Of a stretch of DNA of 64,000 bases, positions 21,914-32,335 are shown piece by piece. This DNA is from an uncultured Planctomycetaceae bacterium (GTDB lineage Bacteria > Planctomycetota > Planctomycetia > Planctomycetales > Planctomycetaceae), in contig CAWFGE010000023.1 of assembly GCA_963815195.1 (NCBI GenBank), positions 128,001-192,000 on the forward strand, given 5' to 3'. The notes beneath the pieces were generated by a model. That model saw only the letters and a list, made by a program, of their open reading frames with translations, searched no databases and was not told the DNA's origin. The number at the start of each line of letters is the position of its first letter. Positions within the stretch are counted from its first letter, which is position 1. Both the position numbers and the translations under genes were made by a program.

Positions 21914-22790
21914 GGCTTCCGGGTTCGGTCGTTATCGGTTTTTGCCGGGGCAAAAAAGACAGGCCCATTGTCCAGGGATCCTCCTCCGCAACCGGCGTGG
22001 GAGCGTATTCGATCGTGAGGATCAGATCCGCACCGGACGGAATGCGTTGGGCGGCGTCTCGGGGCGATGCCCCGGCGGGTCGGTCTTTGATCCATTCCGC
22101 CAGGATGAGCTCGGGCGCAATGCGGGTTTCTCCGGAAACCGGGAAACCGGGCAGGCGGGTCTGTTGATCTTTGGCCCGTGCCTGACCGGTGGCGTCGTAG
22201 GATAAAACCATCCGCTTGACGAGCCTGCCTTGGCCGGGCTTCAATTCCACGCCCGTCAAAAACAGGTCCTGTTGGACGCCAGTGGGAATCACGAAATTCC
22301 ACGTGACGCCGGTTTCCGAGACCGGAACCTGGAACGGCGTCGGCAATCGATACAGGACCGTGGGTGGTTCGACTTTCCGGGGGACGGTCGGCGGAGCCGC
22401 CGGCTGTTGGGAGATGGCGTCTCGGTCATCGGAAATCTCACGCAGAGCGGACGGCGCGGTGACGGCACGAACTTCAGCGACCTCAACCTCCGCCGTCTGT
22501 TTCGGGGACGGACCTGATGAAATGCGCCGATGCTCGTGAGCCGGATGGGGCATCTGCGCCGCCGCCTGTTCGATCTCGGCTGGTTTCGCCTCGGCTTCGC
22601 TGGAACGCCGGACTTCGAACGGCATCGGGGCGGGCATCGCCGCCAGCACGCCCGACTCGGGTTGGCGAATTTCGATGGGGATCCAGGGCTGGTGAATGAG
22701 GCCCGCCAACACGGCTCCCAATGCCACGATCCCCACGAGGATTCTGCACGCCAACGGATTGAGTGCTCCGCGATTCCAGGCCGATTGCAT
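21861..22790 (-). CDS. Membrane-anchored protein with a degenerate copper type II monooxygenase-like domain
   Basis: N-terminal TM, Pro/Ala linker, NFVIPTG..QD.FLTGVELKPG..RLVKR...D.TG.AR..D...PGF and RIPSGADLILTIEY. Confidence 0.6.
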   Translation of the reverse strand: MQSAWNRGALNPLACRILVGIVALGAVLAGLIHQPWIPIEIRQPESGVLAAMPAPMPFEVRRSSEAEAKPAEIEQAAAQMPHPAHEHRRISSGPSPKQTAEVEVAEVRAVTAPSALREISDDRDAISQQPAAPPTVPRKVEPPTVLYRLPTPFQVPVSETGVTWNFVIPTGVQQDLFLTGVELKPGQGRLVKRMVLSYDATGQARAKDQQTRLPGFPVSGETRIAPELILAEWIKDRPAGASPRDAAQRIPSGADLILTIEYAPTPVAEEDPWTMGLSFLPRQKPITTEPGSLTSESPVRPRGRGIAGC

Positions 22791-23209
22791 CGAGCCGCTC
22801 CATCGATCATCCGCCCCCTCCGCATCACCAGCGGGGGGAATCTAGCAGATCATCCGCAATCCGGCTAGAAAGATTTCCCATCATGGAACGTCGAAGTTTA
22901 GCTCAGTTCAATTAGCCTGTGAGTGTTTCTTATTCCATCCGTTGCCCGCGATTTTGACGATCGAACTGACTGTTTCTCGGATGGGGTCTTCCGCGCAGTT
23001 GTCGACGAGACTGCAGGCGGTGCGTGCGCCGGCATTCTGCCAACGTGCGGCGCTCCAGCGGTCGCCGAGGTCTGCAGCTTGCTTGAGTTCACCATTTCGT
23101 TTCCCGTTGAAGGCCCCGCTTTTTTCCACTCGTACTCGTCGCCATCGAGTAGCGGATGCCGCCTTTTGCGTGGGGCCGAAGACTTTGAGACCATCATAAG
23201 CTTTGGGTT

Positions 23210-24106
23210 TTAGGATCCGCTGCCGGCGGCCGACTCGATCCGAATTTGCCGGATATGCTCCGGCGTCGTGCCGCAGCAGCCGCCGATGAGTTTCGCTCCC
23301 TGGTTTCGCCAGCGGAGAGCTTCGCGGGCGTAGATTTCGGGTTGTTCCAAGGGCGTGGACACCCAACCGCAGGTTGTATCGTAATAGCCCACATTGGCGT
23401 AAACGCCAATGGGGGTTTCGGGGAGGAGCGACCTGAGTTCCGCGAGGGATTTCGGCACCGCGGACGCCGGCAGGCAGTTCACCAGGACGGCGGCGGGATG
23501 AAATGGCTTTACGGCACTTACGGCTTCGTTCAAAGACTCGCCCGAAAGCAACCGGCCGTCCAAACCGCAGACGAAGCTCACGAACACCGGCAAGCCCGTT
23601 TCCGCGGCGGCGGCGGTCGCGGCGGCGGCTTCGCGGATGGTGTTCTGCGTTTCCACGAGAATCAAATCCACTTTCGCGGCGGCGAGATTTTGCGCCATCT
23701 CGCGGTGTTCGCGAATGAGCGTTTTCTCAATTGGCACATCCTGCGGGCGGTAGCAATCTTCGAGCGGAGCCTCTGAACCGGCGATCCACACGGAATGATC
23801 CGCCCCCTCCGCGGCTTCTCGGGCCAACTGCACCGCTTGGAGGGTGAGATCCCGAGCACGATTTCCCAGTCCTGCGGCTTCGAGATTCCGCCGATGGGTG
23901 CGGAAGGTGTTTGCGGTGAGAATCTCCGCCCCGGCGTTCGCGTAATCCCGGTGGATTTGCCGCACCAACTCCGGCTGCTTGAAAATCGCGGCGGCGGACC
24001 ACAATTCCGAATCCACCGAGAATCCCTGGCGGGCGAGTTCGGTGCCGAACGCCCCGTCCAGCAAGATGACGTTTTCCTCCGCCAACCGCTCCCGGATGGT
24101 CTTCAA
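23210..24106 (-). CDS. Homocysteine S-methyltransferase family protein
   Basis: LLDGAFGTEL, HRDYANAGAEILTANTF, LVNC, YAN, IGGCCGTTPEHI. Confidence 0.92.
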   Translation of the reverse strand: MKTIRERLAEENVILLDGAFGTELARQGFSVDSELWSAAAIFKQPELVRQIHRDYANAGAEILTANTFRTHRRNLEAAGLGNRARDLTLQAVQLAREAAEGADHSVWIAGSEAPLEDCYRPQDVPIEKTLIREHREMAQNLAAAKVDLILVETQNTIREAAAATAAAAETGLPVFVSFVCGLDGRLLSGESLNEAVSAVKPFHPAAVLVNCLPASAVPKSLAELRSLLPETPIGVYANVGYYDTTCGWVSTPLEQPEIYAREALRWRNQGAKLIGGCCGTTPEHIRQIRIESAAGSGS

Positions 24107-24123
24107 AACGGCCTCCCGGTCGA

Positions 24124-25732
24124 TCAGTCGGAATCGTAGTCGTTGGACCGAGACCTGAGCCGGCGGTCGATGATGTCGACATATCGGCCCAACTCGCTCA
24201 GGTAATCGAACTTCCGCGACTTGAGTTCGTCGAGCAATTCGTCGATGCGCTCGTCGGGCTCGCCTCGCAAGTCGGCCAGTACGATCTGCCCGGCGAGGGC
24301 TTTGGTGCGGTATTCCGTTTCGAGCTGGCCGCCTTTGAGCTGGCTCATGTCGTCGAAAACCCGCTCCGCCTGATCCAACTGGTGCTTCCGCAGGTACAAC
24401 AGGCCCAACTGCTCCATCGCTTTGTAGCGGTATTCTTTGTCGGCGGGTTCACGAAAGCGGTCGATGACGGCTTTCCAGGCATCCTCGTCTTCGGAAAACC
24501 CTTGGACGGCCAGCTTGTATTGCTCGAGGGCGGTGCGTTTGGAGGGAATCGGCGATTCGGTCCGCGCGGGCGTTTCGAGAGGATTCCGCCGGCCGCATCC
24601 ACCAACCAAAACTCGCCGATGCGACGGCAATCACCAGGCAGGCCGCGACATAGACAGCGATCTTGCGGCGGGTGCTCCACGCGGCAAACCGGGCGAGCCA
24701 ATTCGGTCTCTCGTCGAGTTCGTCCACGTCCACATCGAAGCCCGACAGATACAGCGTGGCCGGGTCGATCTCCTGTTTGAGCGCGGTTTGAATCTGCTTG
24801 ATGTCCTTGAGCGCGGCTGCCGCGTCGGGATACCGCTTTTCGGGGTCCTTCGCCATCATCTTATGAACGATCTGACAAAGCGCCGGCGGCAAGTCGGGCC
24901 GGCGCTTGCGGAGCCGCGGCGGCCTGGTGTTTAAGTGCTGGACCGCGACGGCCATTGCGGATTCACCGTGAAAGGGAGGTTCGCCCGCGAGCATGTGAAA
25001 GCAGGTCACCCCGAACGAATACAAATCGCTCCGCTGGTCCAGCTTCTGGCCGTGCACCTGTTCGGGGCTCATGTATAAGGGCGTACCCATCGTGGTGCCG
25101 ACCTGCGTCAGTTCCAGGGCCGACTTGTCCACGTCCGGCTGTGCGAGTTGGGCGAGTCCGAAGTCGGCGACTTTGACCACGCCCTTGTTGGTGATCAGGA
25201 TGTTCTCGGGCTTAATGTCCCGGTGCACGATGCCCGCTTTTCCGGCCCGGTCCAAGGCCTGTAGGACTTGCTTGATGAAATACAGCGCGAGGCTGGGCGT
25301 TGGGCGCGCCTTTGCGGCGGATGAACTCACGGAGGTTTAGACCTTTAATATATTCCTGGGCGATAAAGTGCAGGCCCTCGGCTTCCCCGACCACGAACAC
25401 CTGCACGATGTTGGGATGCGACAGGCTCGCCGCGGCGCGGGCCTCGCGCTCGAAGCGCTTCAAGAACACCTTGTTCGTTTTGAGCTCGGGCCTGAGCACC
25501 TTGATCGCGACCTTCCGGCTCAGCGAGGTCTGATCGGCCAGGTAGACCTCCGCCATCCCGCCGCGCCCAAGAGCCTGAGCAGGCGAAACTCGCCGAGCAT
25601 GCGGTTGGAGAGATCCTCATGCGGGACGATCGCCTCGTCCTCGGCGGACCAATGCTGCGTCGCATCCAGGCGGATTTCTTCGGCGGATCCGAGGGGGACA
25701 GATTTTTCAGTGTTTGCGTTCGCGTCGTTCAC
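24124..25732 (-). CDS. Membrane Ser/Thr protein kinase with C-terminal TPR-like domain; frameshifts near 25565, 25305 and 24580
   Basis: [33 protein letters not shown] and GTPLYMSPE across successive frames; [17 protein letters not shown]. Confidence 0.88.
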
Positions 25733-25857
25733 AAGTCGGATCGCCGTTCGGAAGTGACATTCAATTCAAAATTGGAATCGCATCGCCCGTTCCTTTTGTA
25801 TCACCCTCTATCATAAGCACGAATGCCCGGCGGAGAAAGGTCCGGCGCGGCCGCTCG

Positions 25858-25885
25858 TTGACCATCGACTGCCGCTCCCTATAAT
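25858..25885 (+). promoter_or_regulatory. Sigma70-like promoter
   Basis: TTGACC-N16-TATAAT about 105 bp upstream of the ATPase gene. Confidence 0.55.
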
Positions 25886-25991
25886 CTGCCATAGGGCCGA
25901 CATCGGGGCGGTTTTCCCCCTTCCCCCCAAAATACCAGACGATCGGCCCGGCTTTTTCTCACTCCCCTTTTGGAACAATCGGCCTTTTCCC

Positions 25992-27433
25992 ATGACCGAC
26001 CGACCCAAAACGCTTCGTGAACTAAGGGACAGCGGCTACCGCAGCGTGCCCGTTAAAACGGAAATGCGGCGAAACCTGCTCAAAAAGCTCCGCCGTAACG
26101 AGCCGGTGTTCCCCGGCATCGTCGGGTACGAAGACACCGTGTTTCCCCAAGTGCAAAATGCGATTTTATCCCAGCACGATTTGCTGTTCTTGGGTCTCCG
26201 CGGACAGGGCAAGACGCGGATGCTCCGCATGCTGGTCAACCTTTTGGACGAGGCTCTGCCCATCGTCGCGGGGTCGGAAGTTCATGATGATCCTTTCGAG
26301 CCGCTCTCCAAATATGCGCGATCTGGTGGGCGTCAAAGGCGACGACACGCCAGTCGAATGGGTTGGCCGGGACGAGCGGTATCACGAAAAACTCGCCACC
26401 CCCGATGTGACCATCGCCGACTTGATCGGGGAAGTCGATCTCATCAAGCACGCCGAGGGCCGGCACCTGGCGAGCGAGGATGTGCTGCACTTCGGCCTGA
26501 TCCCGCGGTCCAACCGCGGCATTTTCTGCATGAACGAACTCCCGGATCTCAGCCCGAAAATCCAGGTCGGCCTGTTCAACGTGCTCGAAGAGCGGGACGT
26601 GCAGGTTCGCGGCTTTCCCATCCGGTTGAATCTCGATCTGTGCATGGTGTTCAGCGCAAACCCGGAAGATTACACGAACCGCGGCCGGCTGGTGACGCCG
26701 CTCAAAGACCGCATCGGGTCGGTGATCCGCACGCATTACCCGTTGACCCGCGAACTCGGGATGACGATCACCGAGGAAAACGCCTGGACCAACCGCCGGG
26801 CGGAGGCGAACGGCGAACCCGAGCCGGAAATCGTCGTGCCGGGCTTTATGAAGGAGATCGTCGAAGAGATTTCCCGCCTGGCCCGCACGAGCCCGCACGT
26901 CAACCAGGCCTCCGGCGTGAGCGTGCGGATGTCGATCGCCAACTACGAAAACATGCTCTCCAACGCGGAGCGGCGGGCGGTGCTTTCGGGCGAGGAATCG
27001 GCCGTCGCCCGCATCAGCGATCTGGCGTATCTCGCGGCGAGCCCGCGGGAAGATGGAACTCAACATGACCGAGGAAGCCGGCGAAGAGGACCGCCTCTGC
27101 GATCGCCTGATCGAAGAAGCCGTCAAAACCGTCTTCGATCAGCATTTCAAGACCAAGCAGTTTCGAAATGTGGTCGATTATTTCGAGACGGGCAACACCT
27201 TCGAGGTGGGCGACAAACTGTCCACGGCGGAACTTTTGGCCCACGCGGATGCGGTTCCCGGTTTCAGCCGGCAAATTGCCGAAGCCGCCGCGCAGTTGGA
27301 ACCCGACCTGTCGCGAAGCCCCTCCGCCCCGGGCTTGCAAGCCGCGGTTGCGGAGTTCCTCCTGGAAGGCCTGCACACCAACAACCGCCTTAACAAAAAA
27401 CCGGTGGGCGGCCGCATGCGGTATGGGCTCTGA
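25992..27433 (+). CDS. Mg-chelatase/MoxR-like AAA+ ATPase; frameshifts near 26320 and 27042
   Basis: GIVGYEDTV, Walker A GLRGQGKT, RSNRGIFCMNELPDL, SANPEDYTNRG, LKDRIG. Confidence 0.88.
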
Positions 27434-27465
27434 GAAGTTGAGCCATCCCTATCTATCGCGCCAAG

Positions 27466-27520
27466 GAGCCGCGCACGAAGTAAGCGGCCCATGACATTCC
27501 GCTTACTGCGTGCGCGGCTC
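27466..27520. repeat. 22-bp inverted repeat (REP family or terminator)
   Basis: GAGCCGCGCACGAAGTAAGCGG...CCGCTTACTGCGTGCGCGGCTC. Confidence 0.8.
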
Positions 27521-27587
27521 TTTGGGTCGTCGCGTTTTTGGCTTCATCTTGACAGGATAGACGATTTAACGAAGATGCGGTGGTTTC

Positions 27588-27651
27588 TGAGCGGCTGGGC
27601 GCTAGCCGCCGGTTCCGCACGTAAAACCGCCAACTAACGCCCAACGGCTCA
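27588..27651. repeat. REPIN-like inverted REP doublet
   Basis: TGAGCGGCTGGGCGCTAGCCGCCGGTT-N10-AACCGCCAACTAACGCCCAACGGCTCA. Confidence 0.7.
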
Positions 27652-27687
27652 CAAGAATCTGTCCCTGCACGGATGCAAGGCCCGCTG

Positions 27688-29745
27688 ATGACAACACCGT
27701 CCGCTCCCCCGTCCGAGGCCCCGTCGCGGCCGGCGATTGAAGTCCCCAAAGCGACCGCGAAACCCGACGCCGCCGCGTTTCAAACCGCCGCCCGCGACAT
27801 CGAAAACCTGGCGGCTTCCAACATTGCCGAGAACCAGTTTTTCGAGCGGTTTCTCAGCCGATTGGCGGAGTCGACGCAAGCGGCGGCCGGGGCGGTGTGG
27901 CTCTTGGATCCGCATGGCCGCGTGGGTTTGATGAGCGATCTTCGCCTCGAGGACATCGGCCTGAAAGAAGCCGCCGACAACCAGCGGACCAACCTGGGCC
28001 TCGTGGTCGAAGTGCTCCAATCCACACAGGCCACGATCCACGTGCCCGGCGAAACCGGCGGGAAACCGCTCCCCGCCGAATTGGTGCTGCTTTTGGTGCC
28101 GATTCTGTTCCGCGAGCAGGCGATCGGCGTCGTCGAATTGTTTTTGCCGACCGATTCGCCGCCGGAGTTTCGGCTGGAGTTTTTGCAGTTCACCGAGGAA
28201 ATGGCGGCGCTCGCCGCGCGGTATCTTCACTGGCGGGAAGAAGCCGCCTCGCCTGCGAACCATCTGGAATTTTGGAACCGCTTCGAGCAGTTCACCGCGG
28301 CGCTCCACCGCAGTTTGCATCCCCGCGAAGTCGCGGCCACGGCGGTGAACGACGGCCGGCAGCTCTTGGGCTGTGACCGCGTGAGCCTCGCCGTCCGCAA
28401 AGGCTCGCGGGCGGAGATTATCTCCATCAGCGGCCACGACCGCGTGCAGAAGCGCTCGAATCTCGTGCGGATGATGCGGAATCTCTCCACGCGGGTGCTC
28501 CGGGCCGGCCAATCGGTGACGTACGCGGGCAGCCTCCAGGATGTCCCGCCGCCGCTCGAGAAACCGCTGACGGATTACATCCAGGAAAGCGGTTCGCGGA
28601 TGGTGCATCTCGTACCGCTCAAAGAGCCGCCGCCGTTCATGCCGCCCAAGCAAAAACCCCGAGAGGCCAAACCCGCGCGGACCTTGGGCGTGTTGATCGT
28701 TGAAAAAACCGACGAAAGCTGGCTCACCCCGTTGCTGGCCGAGCGCTCGGAAATGGTCGCGGAGCACGTGGCGACGGCCCTCTCGAACGCCCGCGCACAC
28801 CACGAGATTTTTCTGCTCCCGTTCTGGCAGTGGCTGGGGCGGGGGTGCGGATTGCTTCAAGGGCGGACGTTTTTGAAATTCCTCGGCGGCCTCGTGCTCG
28901 TCTTGGGGATCGTCGCCGGGCTGCTCCTGGTTCCCGCGCCGTACCGCGTGGAAGGCAAAGGCAAATTGATGCCCGTCAACCAGAAGGAAGTGTTCGCTCC
29001 CTGGGACGGCGAAGTCGTCGCGGTGTACGTGAAAAGCGGGCAGGTGGTCGAACCGGGACAGCCGTTGGTCAAGCTGCAAAATGTCGATCTGGAGACGGAA
29101 CTCTTGGATTCCCAAAACCGCTGGGAGGAAAAACGGCAGCTCCTAAAAACGCTGGAATCTTCGATCGCCGCCTCCGCCGCCAAGTTCGACCGGGCCGAGG
29201 AAATCCGCCTGCGGGGGCGATACGTGCAAACGCAGATCGAGATTGCGGGCCTCAAAGCCCGCATCGATCGCATCGGCCGGCAAATCGCGCTGCTCACGGT
29301 GAAGGCCCCCATCGCGGGCACGGTCGCGACCTTCCAGGTCGAGCAGCAACTTTTGCACCGCCCGGTCACGCGGGGGGAACGGCTCATTGACATCATGGAT
29401 GAAAAAGGCGATTGGCATCTGGAACTCGATCTCCCTGAAATCCGCTTGGGGCATCTCCTCGACGCTCAATTCAAATCCGATAAGGAAAACCTGCCGGTGG
29501 ATTTCGTGCTCGCGACCAAGCCGGAGGACACCTTCAGCGGCCGCCTCAAGCGCACCGCCTCCCGCACCGATGTCTCCGTGGAAGAGGGCTCGATCGTCAA
29601 AGTCGAAGTGGCCCTCGAAAAAAGCCAACTCCCCACCCGCCGAATCGGGTCCGAGGTCCAAGGCAAAATCCACTGCGGCGAGAAGAGCCTGTTTTACGTG
29701 CTCTTCGGCGATGTGGTCGAGTTCGTGCAGCGGCGGATATGGTGA
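27688..29745 (+). CDS. GAF-domain HlyD-family periplasmic adaptor protein
   Basis: GAF-like N-half (AVNDGRQLLGCDRVS), TM, lipoyl-like halves (VFAPWDGEV..VYVKSGQ.V..GQPL; VKAPIAGTV) and a coiled coil. Confidence 0.85.
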   Translation: MTTPSAPPSEAPSRPAIEVPKATAKPDAAAFQTAARDIENLAASNIAENQFFERFLSRLAESTQAAAGAVWLLDPHGRVGLMSDLRLEDIGLKEAADNQRTNLGLVVEVLQSTQATIHVPGETGGKPLPAELVLLLVPILFREQAIGVVELFLPTDSPPEFRLEFLQFTEEMAALAARYLHWREEAASPANHLEFWNRFEQFTAALHRSLHPREVAATAVNDGRQLLGCDRVSLAVRKGSRAEIISISGHDRVQKRSNLVRMMRNLSTRVLRAGQSVTYAGSLQDVPPPLEKPLTDYIQESGSRMVHLVPLKEPPPFMPPKQKPREAKPARTLGVLIVEKTDESWLTPLLAERSEMVAEHVATALSNARAHHEIFLLPFWQWLGRGCGLLQGRTFLKFLGGLVLVLGIVAGLLLVPAPYRVEGKGKLMPVNQKEVFAPWDGEVVAVYVKSGQVVEPGQPLVKLQNVDLETELLDSQNRWEEKRQLLKTLESSIAASAAKFDRAEEIRLRGRYVQTQIEIAGLKARIDRIGRQIALLTVKAPIAGTVATFQVEQQLLHRPVTRGERLIDIMDEKGDWHLELDLPEIRLGHLLDAQFKSDKENLPVDFVLATKPEDTFSGRLKRTASRTDVSVEEGSIVKVEVALEKSQLPTRRIGSEVQGKIHCGEKSLFYVLFGDVVEFVQRRIW

Positions 29746-29890
29746 TCGGAAACGCGACTTCCGCAGGCTACGCCAAGCCGCAGGGGATTCCGTTTTCCAT
29801 CCGCCATTTTCCATCCTCTCTTCCCTCGGGCAGGCGATGGGTTATGATTGAGAGACATGACCCGAATCGCTTACCTTGGGGAAGACGACC

Positions 29891-30877
29891 ATGAAGACCA
29901 TCTCCCGAAGCGTTCTGTTGCTGTTGTTCGTCGGCGGCTTGTGGCTGGCGGGGAGGCCTCGGTCGTTCGCGGAGGACGGCCCCGCCGTCGCCGCCAAGCC
30001 GGTTCCAAAACCCGCGTTGACGCCGGGGCAAATCGCAAAGCTGGTGGAGGATTTGGGTTCCGAGACGTTCGCCGTCCGCGAAACCGCCACGCGCGCGCTT
30101 TCGAAGGCGGGGCCCGCGGTGATTGCTCCGGTGGCGAAGGCCGCGCAAACGGGGGATTTGGAAACGAACCTGCGGGCGATGCGGATTCTGGAATCGCATT
30201 ACACCCAGGGATCGCTGGAAGAGTACGAAGCGGCCGAAGCCGTGCTCGAGACGCTTAGCCAATCGGAGAAAACCTCCTTGTCGTCCCGGGCGGAAGCGGT
30301 GCTGGGTTCGATGAGCCAAGTCCGCGAGGAGCGGGCGATTGCGGCGCTGCGGAAACTCCACGGCATCGTGAAATCCGACGCTGTGCAGTTCGGCTTAACG
30401 CCCGCCCCCTTGCCGGCGGGACAGGAACTCATCACCACCGTGATCCTCAACAAAAAATGGAAAGGCCAGGAGCAGGGCCTTAAGTACCTCGAACGGCTGC
30501 GCTTTTTGCAGACGTTGTACGTCGTGGAAGGCGTGCTTCCGGACGAAACCCTCCAGCGGCTCCAAGCCAAAATGCCCGGCCTCAATGTGGCGCTTCGCGG
30601 CGGCGCCTGTTTGGGCGTGGGAGGATTGACCCACCCGGAAGGCTGCGAAGTTTCGCTGATCAAGCCCGAGTCCGCCGCGGACAAAGCCGGGCTCCAAGAG
30701 CGGGATTTGATCCTCGCCTTTGACGGAAAACGCGGCGAAAAAGAAGACGAGCCGTTGAGCTTTCCGCGGCTGATCGAGCTGATTAAAGAACACGACGCCG
30801 GCGACAAGGTGCCGCTGGTCGTCCGCCGCGGCGGCCGGGAATTTCGGGTGGATGTCGTTCTCGACGAATGGAAATAA
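29891..30877 (+). CDS. Exported HEAT-like + PDZ domain protein
   Basis: Signal peptide, LGSETFAVRETA module, ACLGV...SAADKAGLQERDLILAFDG. Confidence 0.85.
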   Translation: MKTISRSVLLLLFVGGLWLAGRPRSFAEDGPAVAAKPVPKPALTPGQIAKLVEDLGSETFAVRETATRALSKAGPAVIAPVAKAAQTGDLETNLRAMRILESHYTQGSLEEYEAAEAVLETLSQSEKTSLSSRAEAVLGSMSQVREERAIAALRKLHGIVKSDAVQFGLTPAPLPAGQELITTVILNKKWKGQEQGLKYLERLRFLQTLYVVEGVLPDETLQRLQAKMPGLNVALRGGACLGVGGLTHPEGCEVSLIKPESAADKAGLQERDLILAFDGKRGEKEDEPLSFPRLIELIKEHDAGDKVPLVVRRGGREFRVDVVLDEWK

Positions 30878-30944
30878 CCCGAGCAAGCTCCAAACGTTTG
30901 GCCGCCTGCCGTCCGATTCGCAAGCAGAAAAAAGGACCGTCAGG

Positions 30945-31925
30945 ATGACAGTGGTCAAAGTCCGCCCCGCCACACCCGCCGAGCACGAGGCCGCGTTGCG
31001 GCTGGTGTTTGCGGAAACCGGGGCGAACGATCCGGCCGAGCGAACCGAGGAAACTCTCACCGCGGCCAGGCGAGGGGAGTTTTCGCTGGCGGGTTTGCTG
31101 TTGGCCGAACAGAACGGCCGGCCCGCGGGGGCGGGATTGTTTGCCGAGCAACCTGGCCGGGTGGCATTTGTGTGGCCGCCGGGCGTTGCTCCCGGTGTTC
31201 CTGCAGAAACGGAAATCCAAGAGGCGATCCTGGCTGCGATCCGCGGCCGATTGAAAGACCGCGGCGTCGCCCTCGGACAGGCCATCTTCGAACCGGACGA
31301 CCTGGAGCATCGGCGGATGTTCGCCCAGAACGGCTTTCCGCATCTGACCGATTTGCACTACATGCTCTGCCCGGTGGACGCCGCGGTCCCGGAGCGAGCA
31401 ACCCAAACGTTCGAGACGGAAACGTTCGACCCGGCCGCGAACTTCCAACGGTTTGCCCAAGTCCTCAAGCGGACCTACATCGACACCTTGGACTGCCCCG
31501 AGATTGACGGGCTCCGCACGGCGGCGGATGCCCTTGCCGCGCATCAGGCGACGGGGCAATTCGATCCCGAGCGTTGGCGGCTGATTCGGCAACGCGGGCG
31601 CGATGCGGGTCTACTTCTGGTCAACCTCCATCCCGAGCGGGACCTCTTGGAAATCGTGTACCTGGGCGTCGTGCCCGAAGCCCGCGGGCGGGGGTTGGGA
31701 AAGGCGATCGTGCACAGCGCCGTCGCGGAAGCCCGGCGGGAACGGCGGCCGATCGTGCTCGCGGTGGACACCCGAAACCATGTCGCCGAAAGGATTTACC
31801 GCCGGTGGGGCTTTCTGGATCTCACGGTGCAGTCCGTGCACGTTTGGCGGGCATCCGTCGATGGCCCCGTTCCGCAATCCACCGATTATGCACAGCCGCC
31901 CGCGATCGGAAAAAGAAAATCTTAA
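30945..31925 (+). CDS. Tandem GNAT N-acetyltransferase
   Basis: TLDCPE, EIVYLGVVPEARGRGLG, LAVDTRN..A..IYRRWGF. Confidence 0.88.
   Translation: MTVVKVRPATPAEHEAALRLVFAETGANDPAERTEETLTAARRGEFSLAGLLLAEQNGRPAGAGLFAEQPGRVAFVWPPGVAPGVPAETEIQEAILAAIRGRLKDRGVALGQAIFEPDDLEHRRMFAQNGFPHLTDLHYMLCPVDAAVPERATQTFETETFDPAANFQRFAQVLKRTYIDTLDCPEIDGLRTAADALAAHQATGQFDPERWRLIRQRGRDAGLLLVNLHPERDLLEIVYLGVVPEARGRGLGKAIVHSAVAEARRERRPIVLAVDTRNHVAERIYRRWGFLDLTVQSVHVWRASVDGPVPQSTDYAQPPAIGKRKS
31886..31894 (+). promoter_or_regulatory. Possible DnaA box
   Basis: TTATGCACA matches TTWTNCACA; a near-match TTTGCATAA lies at about 32291; both are upstream of dnaA. Confidence 0.4.
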
Positions 31926-32008
31926 TGTAACTCTCGGGAGGTTTCCGTGAATTTTGCGACTCTCCCCAGCCCGCTCTTGACCGGAATGGAGAAATCATCG
32001 ATTCGCGT

Positions 32009-32036
32009 TTGACACCGCCCAACTTCCGGCTAACAT
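32009..32036 (+). promoter_or_regulatory. Sigma70-like promoter upstream of dnaA
   Basis: TTGACA-N16-TAACAT. Confidence 0.5.
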
Positions 32037-32335
32037 CGAGACGAGTGAGTGTTTATTTTTGATGAGCCTGCTGCTGGTCTGACTTGGGGGTTGTCCAAGG
32101 AACAATTCGGAGTTCTCACCGGATGGTGCCCGTTCGAGAACGTTCTTTCCGAATCGAATAATCCCCGGGTCGCGCTGAATTCTCAGTAGACGACGGTTGG
32201 CTGATCGTCCCTTTCTTGAAACGACAGCGTTTCCTTCATCGCCAAAATCGCGTTGAGCGTGCGGAGAGCGTCACGCCTTCCCGGTGGCCGTTTGCATAAA
32301 GCGGGGCGGTTAAGGTTTGCGCCGGGGGTCGCAAG

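Noticed and set aside
31926..32335. Definite oriC
   Set aside because: Only one perfect and one near DnaA box nearby, and no clear AT-rich unwinding element; insufficient without GC-skew data
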